Shown: positions 34,901 through 49,900 of the stretch, one piece after another | Position numbering within the stretch: the stretch's first letter is position 1 | Layout of the letters: every line of letters begins with the position of its first letter | Source of the DNA: an uncultured Clostridia bacterium | Lineage (GTDB): Bacteria; Bacillota; Clostridia; Christensenellales; UBA1242 | DNA: 64,000 bases | Assembly (NCBI GenBank): GCA_944383405.1 | Contig: CALWPL010000005.1 | Coordinates: forward strand, 7,482-71,481 | Reading direction: 5' to 3' | Position numbers and translations under genes: made by a program | Notes under the pieces: model-generated | What the model was told of the DNA's origin: nothing | Database searches by the model: none | The model's input: only the letters and a program-made list of their open reading frames with translations

Positions 34901-37900
34901 GAAATGCGACAGAAGATAGTGGGGATATTTATGTAAATGCTAAGAATTCAACTATTGGTGGCAAACTTCAACTTAGTGGATTTTATGAAATATATTCTCA
35001 TGTAAAAGTTGCAAATGGTGCAAAAATTAATGTTGTAGGAGTAATAAGTAGCGATACTCCAAGCATTATAATAGAGCCGGTTGCTACAAGTTCTATGGGA
35101 GAAATATCTAATTATCCAACAGGGAATAACTTGCTTGTTGTGGTTAATTTTGAAAACTTGATAGCGGTTCAACAAGATAAATTTGATTTGATTGAAGATG
35201 TAAAAAATCAAGGAGTTAATAGTTATAGGCTTAAAACAATTGAACAAGATATTGTTATAACTAGTGCTTTGTTTACCTTAACAATTGACCCTATGGATGG
35301 TGTGCTTTCAAGTGATGGCGAAATTGAGTATACAACAGATAATGATTTATGGTTGACAGAAGTTTATTATACAAGTTCTGTTTATGAGGCATTAAGTCAT
35401 GTTACGGCAAGCATTGAAAATAGATACTTTATGGGCTTCTATACTTATGTAGATGAAGAAAAAGTTTATATTGATGAAGATTTTACAATGCCTTATGATG
35501 ACCTTACTGTTTATGTTGAATGGTCAAATGATTATTATGTTTTGACAATTAACTTTAATGATACGAGAAGTTTGAGTGGGACGCAGGCTAGATTTAATAT
35601 TGCGGGTGCAGATTTGACAGCAGGTGAAATTTACGATGAAGAAAATAGGCAAATAAGCCTTGAAGTTTTTGTCGATGGTGATGGGACAAGTTATGGTGCA
35701 CAAGCAATAAATAGAATTGCAGGACTACTTACAAGAAACAATTACACAATCTTAGGATTTAGTCCATCGCAGTTGGTTGATGGAAACAATGAAATATATG
35801 GTCAAGATGGAAACGAATTTTTGATGCCAGAAGGAGACATAACTTTATATGTGTTATGGCTTGGTAACCCATATACTGTTACTTATAATTCAAATAGACC
35901 TAGTAGACAAAATGCTGAACAAATTCAAATTGAATACACATTTGATGAACTTATAAATGTTGGGGATGAAGATACATTTGACACCCCAGGATACAACCTA
36001 ATTGGTTGGAGTTTAAGTTCAAATAGTCAAGAAGTAGAGTATGAAGTTGGAGAAAGCACATACAATCTAATAGATGACAACAATCAAGGAATTTCACTTT
36101 ATGCAGTTTGGGAAGCAATAGAATATGTAGTACATTATGATAGTAATATGCAAGGTAGAGTTGTTGAAGGCGAAATTGAAGACGATATCTTTGTTTATGG
36201 TGTAGAGAAATCTCTTTCAAGCAAGTCATTTACGACAATTGGATATACGCAAGTGGGATGGAGTCTTGATCCTAATTGTGATAGTGATAGTACAGATAAT
36301 TATTATAGTTTTGAAGATAATCTTATTGCTATTAATTTGACGACCGAAGATGAAGTTACAATTTATGCAGTGTGGGCTCAAAACACTTATTATGTAAATC
36401 TTCATGAAAGTGGGGTTGAAGGTTCTTTAATTGTAAGTACAGTTTCAGTTCTTTACGATAGTCAAGACACATCTTTACCTCTTGCTACCCAAGTATTTGG
36501 GAATTCAAATTCATATTATTTTGCTGGATGGTCTCTTACCCCTTATGCTGATAGTGATGACGCTCAAATTGATTTTGAAGATGGGCAAGTATTGTATAAC
36601 CTTGTAGAGAGCGGAGAAATAGATTTATATCCTGTTTGGATAGCAAGAAAGGTTATTATTTATGCAAATAATAATACAGAAGATGCTGTAACAATAAACG
36701 CTCAGACTAATGGGAATATTGTTATAAGTAAAGAAGAACTAAGTTCATTAGTTACTTATCCAGGTTTTGAGATTGGGGATTTAAGTACAAATGCACAAGT
36801 GGCTCTTGGTACGAGGTACAATTTTGATAATTATGGAGTTATTACAATTAGTGCTGAGGCAAATCAAGAAAATGAAATAATACTATATATTGCTTGGAGA
36901 GCAAGACAATATACTTTTAACTTTGTCGTTGATAATGAGCAATATGACGCTCTTTCAAGTCAAATAAAGAGTGCAAAAGTAAGTGGTGGGAATGCATATA
37001 CAAATTTCACTGATGATAATAGAATTTATGCTTATGATGACATACTTGAAGGTGTAGAATTTTATGGTTGGTCAGTTGACAGTGAGTGCAGTACACTAGA
37101 TTTTGAACTTGGAAGTTACAACGAACTAACTAGTGATGTTTTTGAAAAGTTTATGATGTATCAGGATGTTACTTCAAGTACATTAACCTTGTATGCAGTG
37201 CTTAGTCAAACATATCAGATAACTTATAACTTAAATAACAACTCTCATAATGTTATTTTTGGTAGTACAACAAATATTACAGGAGAAAACAGTGTAACAA
37301 CAGATGTAATAGATATTAATACACCTGTTCAACTTGCTTTTAGTGATTATCAAGGGAATGTATGGGAGATAGCGGATATTGATAGTTCAAATCCTTCATC
37401 TCTTTATGCTTACTTCCTTGGCTGGGCTTTTGATAGTAATGCAGAAATTCCAGATTTTGTCGAAGGACAAGAAGTTGGGTTGCAATTTAGTGGAAATATT
37501 ACCTTATATGCTGTTTGGGGTTATTATACAAATCCATTCTATTTTGAGTATGTAAGTCAGGGAGAAGGGGTTGCAATCAGTGGATTAAGTCAACTTGGAT
37601 TAACAAATCTTTCAGAATCTGCTCATGTTGTTTTCCCAAGGCATACACTAAAAGTTTCAAATAATACTTACTCGATGGGCGAACAAATTGTTGGAATTAT
37701 GTCTAGTACGCAGGAGATTAATAATATAACTAGTGTTGACCTAGCGTATATGGATAATTTACAAACTATTTCTGAGTTTGCATTTGCAAATTATTCAAAT
37801 TTAACAAGTATTTCTTCTGTTCCACAACAGGCTGAAATTGGTGGTGGTGCATTTAGTGGAGTAAGTATTGAAAGTGTTGAATTTGAAAGTGGCGAACAAG

Positions 37901-40900
37901 ATAGATATTTACTTGATGAAAAAGGAAATATTTATTTAGTTTCAGGAATGAGTGCTAGTTTGCATACAATTCTTGTAAAAAATAGTAGTGAAAGTATTGT
38001 AATTGGAGAAAATGTTCAACTTGGAAGTGCTAGTTATGCAGTGAGTGAAATATTAAGTTATGCATTATATAATACAACCTTTAATAATGTAGAAGTTACA
38101 GAAGATGTAAGTAAAATTTCAGAAAATGCTTTAGGTGGTGTGAATGGGCTTAGTAATTTAGTTGTTCCATTTATAGGAACACAAAACGATGTAACTTCTT
38201 CTCAAACACTTGCTACAATGATTGGGGACGATTTAATTCAAAGTTTAAGAGTTGTTACGGTTACAAATCAAACGGTTGTTTTAGTGGGTGCTTTTAGTGG
38301 GCAAGAATATATTGAAGAAGTTTATTATACTTCTGGTATAACGCTTATTAATAATGACGCATTTAATGGGTGCGTAAGTTTATCTATGCTAAAAGGTGTA
38401 GGAGAAGAAGATTTTGATATGTCTCTTTGCACTCAAATAGGTAGTAGGGCGTTCTATGGATGTACAAGTTTGCCAACAAGTATTAACTTTACAGTTACAA
38501 CTAGTATTGGGAACGAGGCTTTCTCAAATACAAACATAACAAAAGTTAGTTTGTCAAGAGAGATAGAATCACTTGGTACTTCAGAAAATAGGGAAATGTA
38601 TACGGCATTTAAGAATGCAACAAATCTTACTGAGGCTTATGTGTATTCTACCTATGCTTTTGAAGCAGTTATAAATAATACTAATATTAAGGGCGGAGAT
38701 GAAGTAAATGGAACAATTTATACTGATGTTAATTTCTATTTAGTTCTTAATAACTTAACTGATAACTTACTTAAAGAAAAATATTTCTCATACAACATTG
38801 TTGTGTATGATAGGGTTGAAGTTTTTGAAGGAAATCAAAGTGTTGGAGTCTATAACACACTTGAAGAAGCAGTGATAAATGCGCAAGCAGGGCAAAGAAT
38901 TTTAATAAAAGCAGACACTCAGATTACTCAACAAATTGCTATTGATAAAGACATTAGTATTTATGCAGGATTTAGTGTTGTTGATGAAGATGATGATGCT
39001 TATGAATACGCACAAAATAGAGAAGATGTTTATGTTTCGGTTTCAGATGCTCTTAAAAACACACCAGTATTTATAATCAGCAGTAGTAATGTCAATTTTG
39101 GTGGTAGTTTTATAGGTGATATGTATAGTGAAAATTATCTTGACGGAAACTTGAATATCTTTGCAAATAATTCTAGAAGCGCAAGCATGATAGTGTCTAC
39201 AAATTCAAATATTACATTTGGCGAAAAGATGAGAATTTATGATTTCAAGACAAGTAGTGATGCACAGGTTAATGGCTCGGTTGCTCAACTTTTGGGGAAC
39301 ACAACTCTAACATCTATTGGTGCAAACATTCGTGATAATAGTGCGACAAATGGTGGGGTTTTCTATGTCGACGACTCAGAACTTATAATTAATTCAGGTA
39401 TTATAAATAACAATAGTGCAGTAAATGGTGGTGTTGCTTATGTAACAAAGCAAGGAAGAGTTTATATTGAACAAACAAATCAAGTTAGCATAACAGATAA
39501 TAGTGCAAGTATGTATGGTGGTGTTTTGTATGTTGATACAACAATACTTGATGAAAATTATGCTGTTCACATTGGAAGTTCTACAATTTCAAATAATAGC
39601 GCAAATCAAGGCGGAGCAATTTACATTTTAGATGGTATTGTTAGTGTAAATAGCGAAGACGCAAATATTATTTCCAATTCTGCTGCAACTCATGGTGGTG
39701 GCGTATATGTAAGAGGCGGAATACTTTCAGTACGCAGTGGAAATATTGGAAGTGTTGACGGCGCAAATAAGGCTGTAAGCGGTGGTGGCGTTTATGTTGG
39801 TTTGCAAGGTATAATAAGATTACTTGGGCAAAATGCAAGCATTTCATATAACACGGCGACTAATGGTGCAAATATTTATTTTGCTTCTCAAATTGATACG
39901 AATGGATTAATTTCTGAACTTTCAGCAGGTATAATTAGTTACGGAAATAATGGTCAAGATGTCCAAAATAAATTTGGTGGCGGAATTTATCAAGAGAGTG
40001 GTATTTTATATTTGAAAGATAGCATAATAATTTCAAATAATAGTGCAGAATATGGTGGTGGTATATATTTGGCAAATGGAGTATTATCCATTAAAAATAC
40101 TGCGTCTAATAGCGAAGAAGCATCAGGCTTTGGTGTGCTTCAAAACCAGGCAAGCGTTGGCGGTGGTTTGTATTTGGCAAACGGAGAAGCAACAATTAGC
40201 GGTTCAGATATAAGGCAGAATACAGCAAGTGAAAATGGTGGTGGCATTTATATTAATGGTGGTAATTTAAGGATAGAAAATACTAGGACATGTTTGTCTA
40301 ATGTGTCTGAAAATACTTCGCAAAATGGTGCTGGTATATATATTGATAAAAAGGGTGCTGTTACAATTTCAAGTTCTAACATCTCGTCAAATACAGCGAG
40401 CATGAGTCAAGAAGGAAATGATGGAAATGGTGGTGGAATTTATCTACAAAGTGGGTCATTAACTTTAAGAACTGCACAAATTACAAATAATGTAGCAGGT
40501 CAAAATGGTGGTGGTTTATATATTCCAAATGCACAAACAAATATATCATTTACAATGTATGAAGATACAACAATTTCTCAAAATAGTGCAGTAAATGGTG
40601 GCGGAATTTATGTAGATAGAGCACTTGACATTAGTCAAGGTTTAATAAGTGCAAATACGGCAACTCTTGGTGGGCAGATATTTGTTGGGAAGAATGCAGT
40701 TTTAACTCTTGATAAAGTTGAGATAACAACTCAAAATAATGATATTGAAAACTATACCTTAGGTGTATATCTTGAACAAGGTGGAGTGGCTAATGCATTT
40801 AGTATTACAAACTACACGAATATTCATAGAGCGGACACTTATGTCTATTTGAGTCAGGGTTCAATTGTTTATGTAATAGATAGATTTACCGCTGATTATC

Positions 40901-43900
40901 AAGTAAAATTATATATTGAAGAAGCTGTTGCGGGCAAGAAAGTTAAGGTGGCACAATTTGCAAGAAATGATTATGCTAGTGCAGGTAAATTCTATGCTAG
41001 GTACACAGCATTTACAAAAGAAACAAATTCAATTTATGCAGTTGAAGCAACTGTTATTGCAAGTTTAAACAAGGAAATAACTGGCAATGACGAAAGTGAA
41101 GTCAATTACGCAACTTTAAAAGAAGCGGTTGAATTGTGTCAAAATAATAGTTATTTAAGGCTTATTGGCAATCAAGAAATAACAAGTACTCTTGCAGTTT
41201 CTGTACCAGAAGGGAAAACAGTTACAATTATAACAGATGGCGAGCAAATTATAACAAGGGGAACAGAAGTAAATGGAAGCGTTTATAATGGTTATTTAAT
41301 TACTGTTTTTGGGACATTGTTACTTAATGATGAAGAATCTGATAATAATTTACTTGTGATAGATGGGAAAAAGGCTCAGAATAGTTCTTCGTTAATTTAT
41401 GTTGGTGATTCAGGCAGGCTTAATATTTATAATAATGTTGAGATTAAGAACAATGATGCTTCTCTTAGAATTTATGACCTAACAAGGCCTAACACCAATA
41501 AAAAAATCAGTATTAGTGATGCTTATAATGGCGGAGCGATATATCTTGGTGGCGGAAGCATTGTAATGCATGGCGGTAGCATTTATAATAATAGTGCAAG
41601 AAATGGCGGGGCAATTTATGTTTCAAGTGGTAGTCTTGATATTCGTGGTGGAAGCATAGGATTTGAAACAGAAAGTGGAATTCTTGGGAATACTGCTTTG
41701 CAAAATGGTGGTGGAATTTTTGTTGAAAGTGGGGCTGTAATTCTTGGAGAATCTCAAATTATTGGTAATAGTGCAGTAAATGGTGGTGGAGTTTATGTTT
41801 ATAGACAAGGGACACTTGAAATAGAAAGAACGACAATTTCATCAAATACAGCAACTAATTCTGGTGGTGGACTTTATCTTGCTTCAACAAGAAGTGGGGA
41901 AAGTTACTTTATGACTGGTGGTGAAATTTCAAGAAATAGTGCAGTGAATGGTGGTGGTTTATATATTAGTGGTGGCACGATTATAATGGAGACTGATGCA
42001 AGTCAGATAAGCAACCTATTTGACTTGAACTCAGCAAGTAAGAATGGTGGCGCAATTTATGTTGCAGATACTGGACTTATTAATATGAGTGGTGGCGTTT
42101 TAACTAATAATACGGCAAGTGAAAATGGTGGTGGAATTTATTATAGTAGCAACAATGTAAATCTTTCAAGTGGGATTACCGATTCAAGTATAGGTCTTCA
42201 AAACCATGGTAATAGTGCAGTAAATGGTGGTGGAATATATATTACAAGTGGAAATATTGTTATTACAGGACTTGATTTTTCATCAAATGAATTTAGTAGC
42301 GTTATTTCAGGAAATACTGCTTCTCAAAATGGTGGTGGGGTTTATGTTGGTGGAACAGGTGCTGTTAGCCTTATAAGAACGGGTATTTCAAATAATAATG
42401 CGGTTAATGGGGCTGGTATATATATAACATCAACTAGAAATATAGAGTTAGAAGGTAGTTTAGTTTCAGCAAATTCATCAAGCGGGAATGGTGGCGGAAT
42501 TTATCAAGAAAATGGTAATTTAATTATAACCACTACGGCGGATGAACAACTAGATGGTATAGAAGGAAACACTTCGCAAACAAATGGTGCTGGTTTATAC
42601 ATTGTTGGTGGATTTACTAGAATTGATTCTACACTTATTCAAAATAATAATAGTATTACTGGAACTGGTGCGGGGATATATGTTGGTGGTGGAGAAGTTG
42701 AAATAACTACAAGTAACATCAGCAACAATACTATATCTGGCGAACAAAAGGATGGGCAAGGAATTTATTACAATGCTGGTAATCTTACTTTACTTGGCGA
42801 GAACATAATTCAAAATCCAACAAGTCAAGAAGCAAGGTCAGGTAGTATTTTAATTCAAGGAGAAACTTCTCTTGAAGAATCCTTTACGATTTCTGGTTCA
42901 ATTTCGTACATTTATGATGCAATATATTTGAAAGATAAAGGGTCATGGATTAATTCTTATGAAGGCGATGAGAGTGAAGTTGCAAGCAACATGGCATTTA
43001 GTCAGGGTTCAAATCCAGATGCAACTATTTTGATAAAAGTTGACTCTGCAAAAGATGTTGGAGATAAAGTCGCAAAATTCAGTGCAAGTAGTATCTTAAG
43101 AAATGATTTAATTAGCATGTTTGAACTGGATATGAATAGTCAGAGAATGTTAGTACAAGGGACAGGAGACAATGCAGACTTTATTATTCTTCAATCGCAA
43201 TTCTTCCAGTTAGTTGTTGGAAAGGAAGGAGAAGTTGGAGAAATTGTTGGTGTATTTACTTCTCTTACAGAACTTGTTGAAAATTTACATCTTTATAGTG
43301 ATAGAGTTAGTGAGAGAGGTTATTTGGTTTTTGTAAACTTTAATAGCAGTGAAGATTCTTATGTTGTTAACTCGACTGTAAATAGTAATGTGTATGAAGA
43401 ATACCTTAGTGGATTTTCAAAGAAGATAACGATTACTCCTAGGGCGGAAAATCAAATATTTACAAGAGAAGATGGGGCTAGTGATATTGCTATTTTCAAT
43501 GTCTTTGAAGGAGATGAAGTTTATTTAGGCTTTAATAGTCAATTTAATGATTTTTATGAACAATTTAAAGTAAACAAAGATACTTCAAAGTTAATATTTG
43601 AAGGTAGTGAAAATAGCGCTTCATCTATTATTACAAACTTTGGGAAGTTAACTCTTGGAAAGGGCGTTGAAGTTAGAAACGAATTTATAACTAGCGAAGA
43701 AGGTGCTGTAAATAGTTATGGAGAACTAGTTGTTGATGGTGCAGTTTTGCACAATAATGAAGGTATAAATGGTGGAGCAATTTATGTTGCAGATGGAACA
43801 TTTAATATGTTGAGTGGGGAAATCTATGCAAACTATGCAATAAATGGTGGAGCAATATATATTTCGACAAATGTTGAAGCAACAATAAGCGGCGGAACTA

Positions 43901-46900
43901 TTGGTAGACAAAATGAAGAAGGAAGTAGAGACGAACTTAGAAATATTGCAATCAATGGTGGAGCAATTTATGTTGCAGGTGGACTTCTTAACATTACTGG
44001 TGGCGACATATCCTTTAACTACGCAAGTGAAATGGGTGGAGCAATTTATATTACTCCAAGCATGACTGTTACGGGAAGTGTCAGTGGCAGGGTTGTCATT
44101 TCAAGTAGTACTCTTCCACAAGAAATGACATATATTTCAAATAACGAAGCAGGCGAAAATGGTGGTGCTATATATGTCGAAGATAATTTTATTGACCAAA
44201 ATGTTTCTTTTGCAGATAGGTTAAAGACCCTAACTATTAATGGTGGAATAATAGACAATAACACAGCAATGTTTGGTGGTGGAATTTACGCAACAAATGT
44301 TAGGATAGAGGATAATGAAAAGTTCTACACAGGAGCAACTGAATTTGTTGATAGCGGAGTTTCAAGTTATGTTTATGGTGTTAGTATTGAGATAAATGGT
44401 GGTACTATTGACCGTAACTTTGTAGAATTTGACGCACAGATGCAAGACATAGGTCTTGGTGGCGGGATATTTATATATGGTGGCGAAATGCAGATGAATG
44501 GTGGAATAATTTCAGGCTCTGCAAATAGTTATATAGCGCTTAATGGTGGTGGAATTTACTTAAAAGATTCTGTTGTTACAATAAATGATGGTATTATTAG
44601 GAATAACGAAGTTGGGAACAATGGCGGTGGAATTTATGTTGATAAGACTTCAACATTTACACTAAATGGAACTAGTTCAACTTTAATTTCAAATAACTAC
44701 GCTTATGCAAATGGTGGTGGAATTTATCAAGAAAAAGGTAAGACCAATTTAGCAACTGGTGTTGATACCTATGAAGAAGTAACTGTTAGTGGAAAAGTTA
44801 TACTCATTGGTGGGACAATTACTGGCAATATAGTAGAGACTGGTGGAAAAGGACCTGGGGCTTATGTAAATACAGAAGCACATGATTTTGTACTTGGAGC
44901 GGGGATAGTAAATGGAGAAGTTTCGTTACTATCAGAAAATTTGGTTATTAATGATATTTTATATCTTGCAAATGATAGTTTAATTTATGTAAATGCAAAA
45001 TATAATCCAGCGTATAATACTCTTGATAGAAAGATACCTGTTGCTTGTGATTATACATCAGATACTTATACAAAACTAGATGGAGAAAGGGTTATAATTG
45101 CAAGATATACAAGTGCGATTGATGAAGCAGATTCTGTTAGTATTGAAGCAAAACTCTTTACTGGTAAGGACAATGCACAACAAGATTACTGTTTTATAAT
45201 TTATAATGGATATGATGTAGTTATAGGGAGAATGAATGTTGCAAAATACATTGAGGGTCAATCGGTTAGTTTCTTTGAAACTCTTGAAGATGCTCTTGAA
45301 AGTGTGAAGAACAACTTAAATACTACAATATACATTTTAGTTGATGAACAGCAACAAGCATTTAGACTTACCATGGAGAAAAAGGTTACGCTTACAGGAG
45401 AAAAACACATTAGGGTAACTTCTGGTAAATATGATAAAGAAACTGATACTTTAACTGAATATGGTGTTAATGAAAGATATCTAAGCGTATATATTGGTAA
45501 TTATGGTGGCGGAGACATTATAACGCTTCAAATGGATACTGGTTCACAATTAATGTTTGATAATATCAGAATTGTTGGAAATGATGATGCTGAAAATAAA
45601 GCAATAAATCTATTTAGAGTAAATAGTGGTAATTTAACACTTAAAAATGTAATTGTTGAAAAGAATGTAAGTAAATCAGATGGAACTCTTATAAATGTTT
45701 CAGGTGGTTCGGCTCACTTAATTGGTGATATTGTTTCAAGGGATGGAACCCAAGTTGAAGGAATGCTTGTAAGTCAAGGGGCTGCTCAACTTGGTATAAT
45801 AAATGTAAGCAAAGGAGAGTTGCTTCTTAGTGGAGAGGGTGTTTTAATTACTCAAAATACGGTTGAAGCAGGTACTATTTATGTAACAGATGGAACAATA
45901 ACAATAGAAAATGGTGCAAATATAATGGGAAATATTGCAAGGTCAAATGGCGGAGGGGTTTATCTTACAGGTAAAAACAGCAATTTAATTGTTGACGGTG
46001 CAAATATTTCATCAAATAGTGCTCTAAATGGTGGCGGCTTATATATTGAAGATGGTGCTATTGAATTTTCAGGGGCAAACATTACTGATAACGAGGCTAC
46101 AAATGGTGGTGGTATATATATTGATATTGAATTTGAAATGGATTTAGGTTATGATTCTAATTCATACATTTCAAGAAATATAGCAGAGTCTTATGGTGGC
46201 GGTATTTATGCAACGGCAGATTTAACTATTGGAAGGGGCGTTATTGTTAGCGAAAACGAGGCATATTATGGTGGTGGTGTATCAGTAAGAGACGGAGATT
46301 TATTAGTAACAGGTGGGGCTCAAATTTCAAGCAATATTGCTATAAGTTCTGGTGCTGGGGTATATTCTACTAGTGGTAATATTACAATTGAAGAAGCAAC
46401 AATTTCAAACAACTCAATGCCTGTTGATAGTACGGAAATGCTAGGTGGTGGTATTTATATTGCAGGCACTGATTCAAAACTTACTATTTTAGGGTTAGCA
46501 AATATTATAGGTAACTCGGCAATTTATGGTGGTGGAATTTATGTTGGACCTGGTGTAATATTTGAGATGAGTCAAGGAAATATTGGAGGGAACTCTGCGC
46601 TTGAAAATGGTGGTGGTATTTACTTTATAGGAAAATCATTTACTATGACAGGCGGAAGTATTGCTGGTATGGCTCAGTCTGACTCAGAAGCAATTTCTGG
46701 GAATAGCGCTCTAAATGGTGGTGGTATTTATCTTGCTGGTGGGGTATTTGATATGTCTAATGGAAACATTGGAGCGCAAGGATATGGAAACACTGCAACA
46801 AATGGTGCTGGAATTTATGTAAATGGGGCACAGATAACTCTTGAAGGCAATGGTGTAATAGAAGGAAATATTGCAGATGGTGGTAATGGTGGTGGTGTGT

Positions 46901-49900
46901 TTATTGACAAAACAGATTCTGGAGTTAATCAAATAATTGGCAACTTCCAAATTGTTTCAAATGAGGCAACAAATGGTGGTGGTTTATATATAACAAACGG
47001 AGCGTTTACTATTTCTGGTGGAAATATTGGTGTTAAGGGCAAACCTAACAAAGCAGTAAATGGTGGTGGAATATACGCAAATGGTGGAAGACTTGAAATT
47101 GAAAATGGAAATATTTCATATAACGAAGCGACAAGCGCTGGTGGTGGAATGTATATTAATATGTGTGGTGTTATTAGCAAAGACGCTAATAATGAAGTCA
47201 GTGCATTGGTAGACTTTATTAGCGGGGATATTGCTTATAACAGAGCGGATTCTGGAACGGCGCCTGATTCTGTTGAGGCAAAGGCAAATGGTGGTGGTAT
47301 TTATCTTGCAGGAAATGAGTATACGAGTTCTGCCAGCGGTGTGTTAAATATTAATTCGCAGGCTGTAATATATGGAAATTATGCAGATGGCAATGGTGGT
47401 GGTATTTATAACAGTGGAAGAATTATTATGGAAGGTGGAAAAATTGGTAAGACTTCTAACAATGATAATGATAAGAACATAGCGATTGGAAGCGGTGGTG
47501 GGCTCTATGTTAATAATGGTTACCTTTATTTAGTTGGAACTGGAAAATCAAATGGAACTTCAATTATAAACAATCAAGCAACAAATGGCGGCGGTATTTA
47601 TATTGAAAATGTTGCAGATAGAGATGAAGGTGTCGCAGGCGAACCATCGGTAATTGCTAATGTTGTATTTACAGATAATAGTGCTGTAAATGGTGGTGCT
47701 TTATATTATGTAAGTGGAAATTTACTTTTCTATAATAATATTGTTCAAAAAAATACAGCCACTTCAACAAAAGTAACAACACCTGAAGGAGAACAAATAA
47801 CAGGTGGTGGTGGCGGTGGACTTTACTTATCTTCTCCAACTGGCAAAAATGTTTCAGAAGAAGTAAAAAATGCTAAGTTTACAATTGAAGGCGGAACATT
47901 TGGCGGAAGTGAAAGTAAATATGCAAATACTGCTCAAAATGGTGGAGCAATTTATGCAGAGACAGGAAACTTCACTATTAAAGGTGGAGAGATATCAGAG
48001 ATTCTTGACATTAATGAAGAGAAATTAACATTTGAAAGAACTGCTGCTAATTTACTAATTTCGTATAATGAAGCAACAAATGGTGGCGGAATTTATGTTG
48101 AAGGTGTAATTGACACAAATGCTTGTATTGTAGAAATAACTGGAACTTTGAGTGATTCTGGTAAGTATGGAGTTGTAATAACGAAGAATACGGCAAAGGA
48201 AAATGGTGGCGGAATTTATAATTTAAGTGGTATTGTTAATTTAGAAAAGGCACAAATTATAACTAATTCTGCTGGTGGAGATGGTGGTGGAATATATTCC
48301 GTATCAGGTGGAGACTCATCAAATTCTGAAAGTTTAGGTTTTAAACTCATTAGCGGTGAAATTTATAAAAATAAAGCGGCAAATGGTGGCGGTATAGCAA
48401 CTGGCGGAGTAAATCTTGATGGGGTTATTTATGCTGGAAGAACTCAGATACAAGCAAATATTTATGAAAATGAAGCACTACTTAAAAGTTCAACTTCATT
48501 AAATGATAGTACAGGTAATGGTGGTGGAGTATATGTTATGGGATCTCCTGATATATCTGGCAGTATGGTTACAATTACACCAAATGATGGAAGTATATCA
48601 GAAACTGGTACAAAGATTGAAGAAACTTCTATTCATGATAATAGTGCAACACGAGGTGGTGGTCTTTACATGGCGGGTGGTTATGTAACGCTTAATATGA
48701 ATATTTTAAATAATACTGCTGATCAAGGAAATGAAAGAGGCGGTGGAGGTGGAGCGTATATTATTGGTGGGACACTCAATCATGAAAGCAGTTCAATAAT
48801 GAATAATAAGGCAAGAAATGGTGGTGGAATTTATGTTAATGGTGGTACATATGCTTCTTCTACTCCAAATGGTTGTGTTCAATATAATGAAGCGTCAAAT
48901 AATGGTGGTGGTATTTACTTTGGTAGTGGCGAATTAGCATTTAATGGAACTGTTACTAGAAATGTGGCAAAAAATGGTGGTGGACTTTATATAGCAAGTT
49001 CTCAAAATGAATCAAATTTAAGAATTGGTGGAATGATAGGTGAAATTGCACCACTTACAAGAGATCCTTATCAAAATGGCAAAGAAGGATTTACTGGTAA
49101 TCGTGCACAAGAAAATGGTGGTGGTGTTTATATTGAAGGTGGAAATTATACGCTATCTGTTGATATAGTTGGGAATTCAGCATATAATGGTGGTGGACTT
49201 TATATAGAAGGTGGACAAATAACCTTTGGCAAGGAAGACAATACAAGTTTCACACCAGTTATTGCTAGAAATGCGGCTACCTTAAATGGTGGTGGAATAT
49301 ATGTGGGTGGTGGTGCATCTTTAGATATTATTAATGGAACAATTGTTGGAAGCGATAAACCAAGTAATGAATTTAATGAGTTTATTGTAAGTCTTGGATT
49401 AGCAAGTGAAAGCGGTTCTAGTGATGATGAAAGTTCTTCAACTGAAAATTCTGATGACTCAGAAAAACTAGGCTCTAATATTGCGACATTTGGTGGTGGA
49501 ATATATGTTGCTGGAATGGGAAAACTTGAAGATGATAATGATACTAGAACACAAGTTCAGATAATAGCAGCAAGTATTGGTTTTAACATTGCAACAAAGC
49601 AAGGAAGTAGTAAAGGCGGTTTAGGCGGTGGCTTGTATTCTGATAGTAAGAGTGGAGAAAGCGTTATTGGACTTAGTTTAAACACTACAGTTAATCGTAA
49701 CATTGCTGGGTCAATGGGTGGTGGCGCATATCTTGATGGAACATGGTTATATCTTTCAGATACTGCTAGTATTGTTGAAAATACATGTTGTGAAACTAAG
49801 AGTGGGGGAGGTCTAACTTATGTTCAAGGCTTGGCAGGATCACCTGATATTTCTGGTGTTAAACCTTATATTCATGAAGTTTACATGATAGATGGTGGTT

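Noticed and set aside
39412-42230. Repeated 20-27-mers as a CRISPR array or DGR template/variable repeats
   Set aside because: Irregular spacing of 0.4-1.2 kb, in-frame coding for NSAVNGG, and no cas or reverse transcriptase gene in the window
17047-48688. Many short ORFs overlapping the giant gene (possible nested or immunity genes)
   Set aside because: Antisense or off-frame shadows of biased codon usage (for example IPPP from GGxI repeats); no SD sites or family motifs
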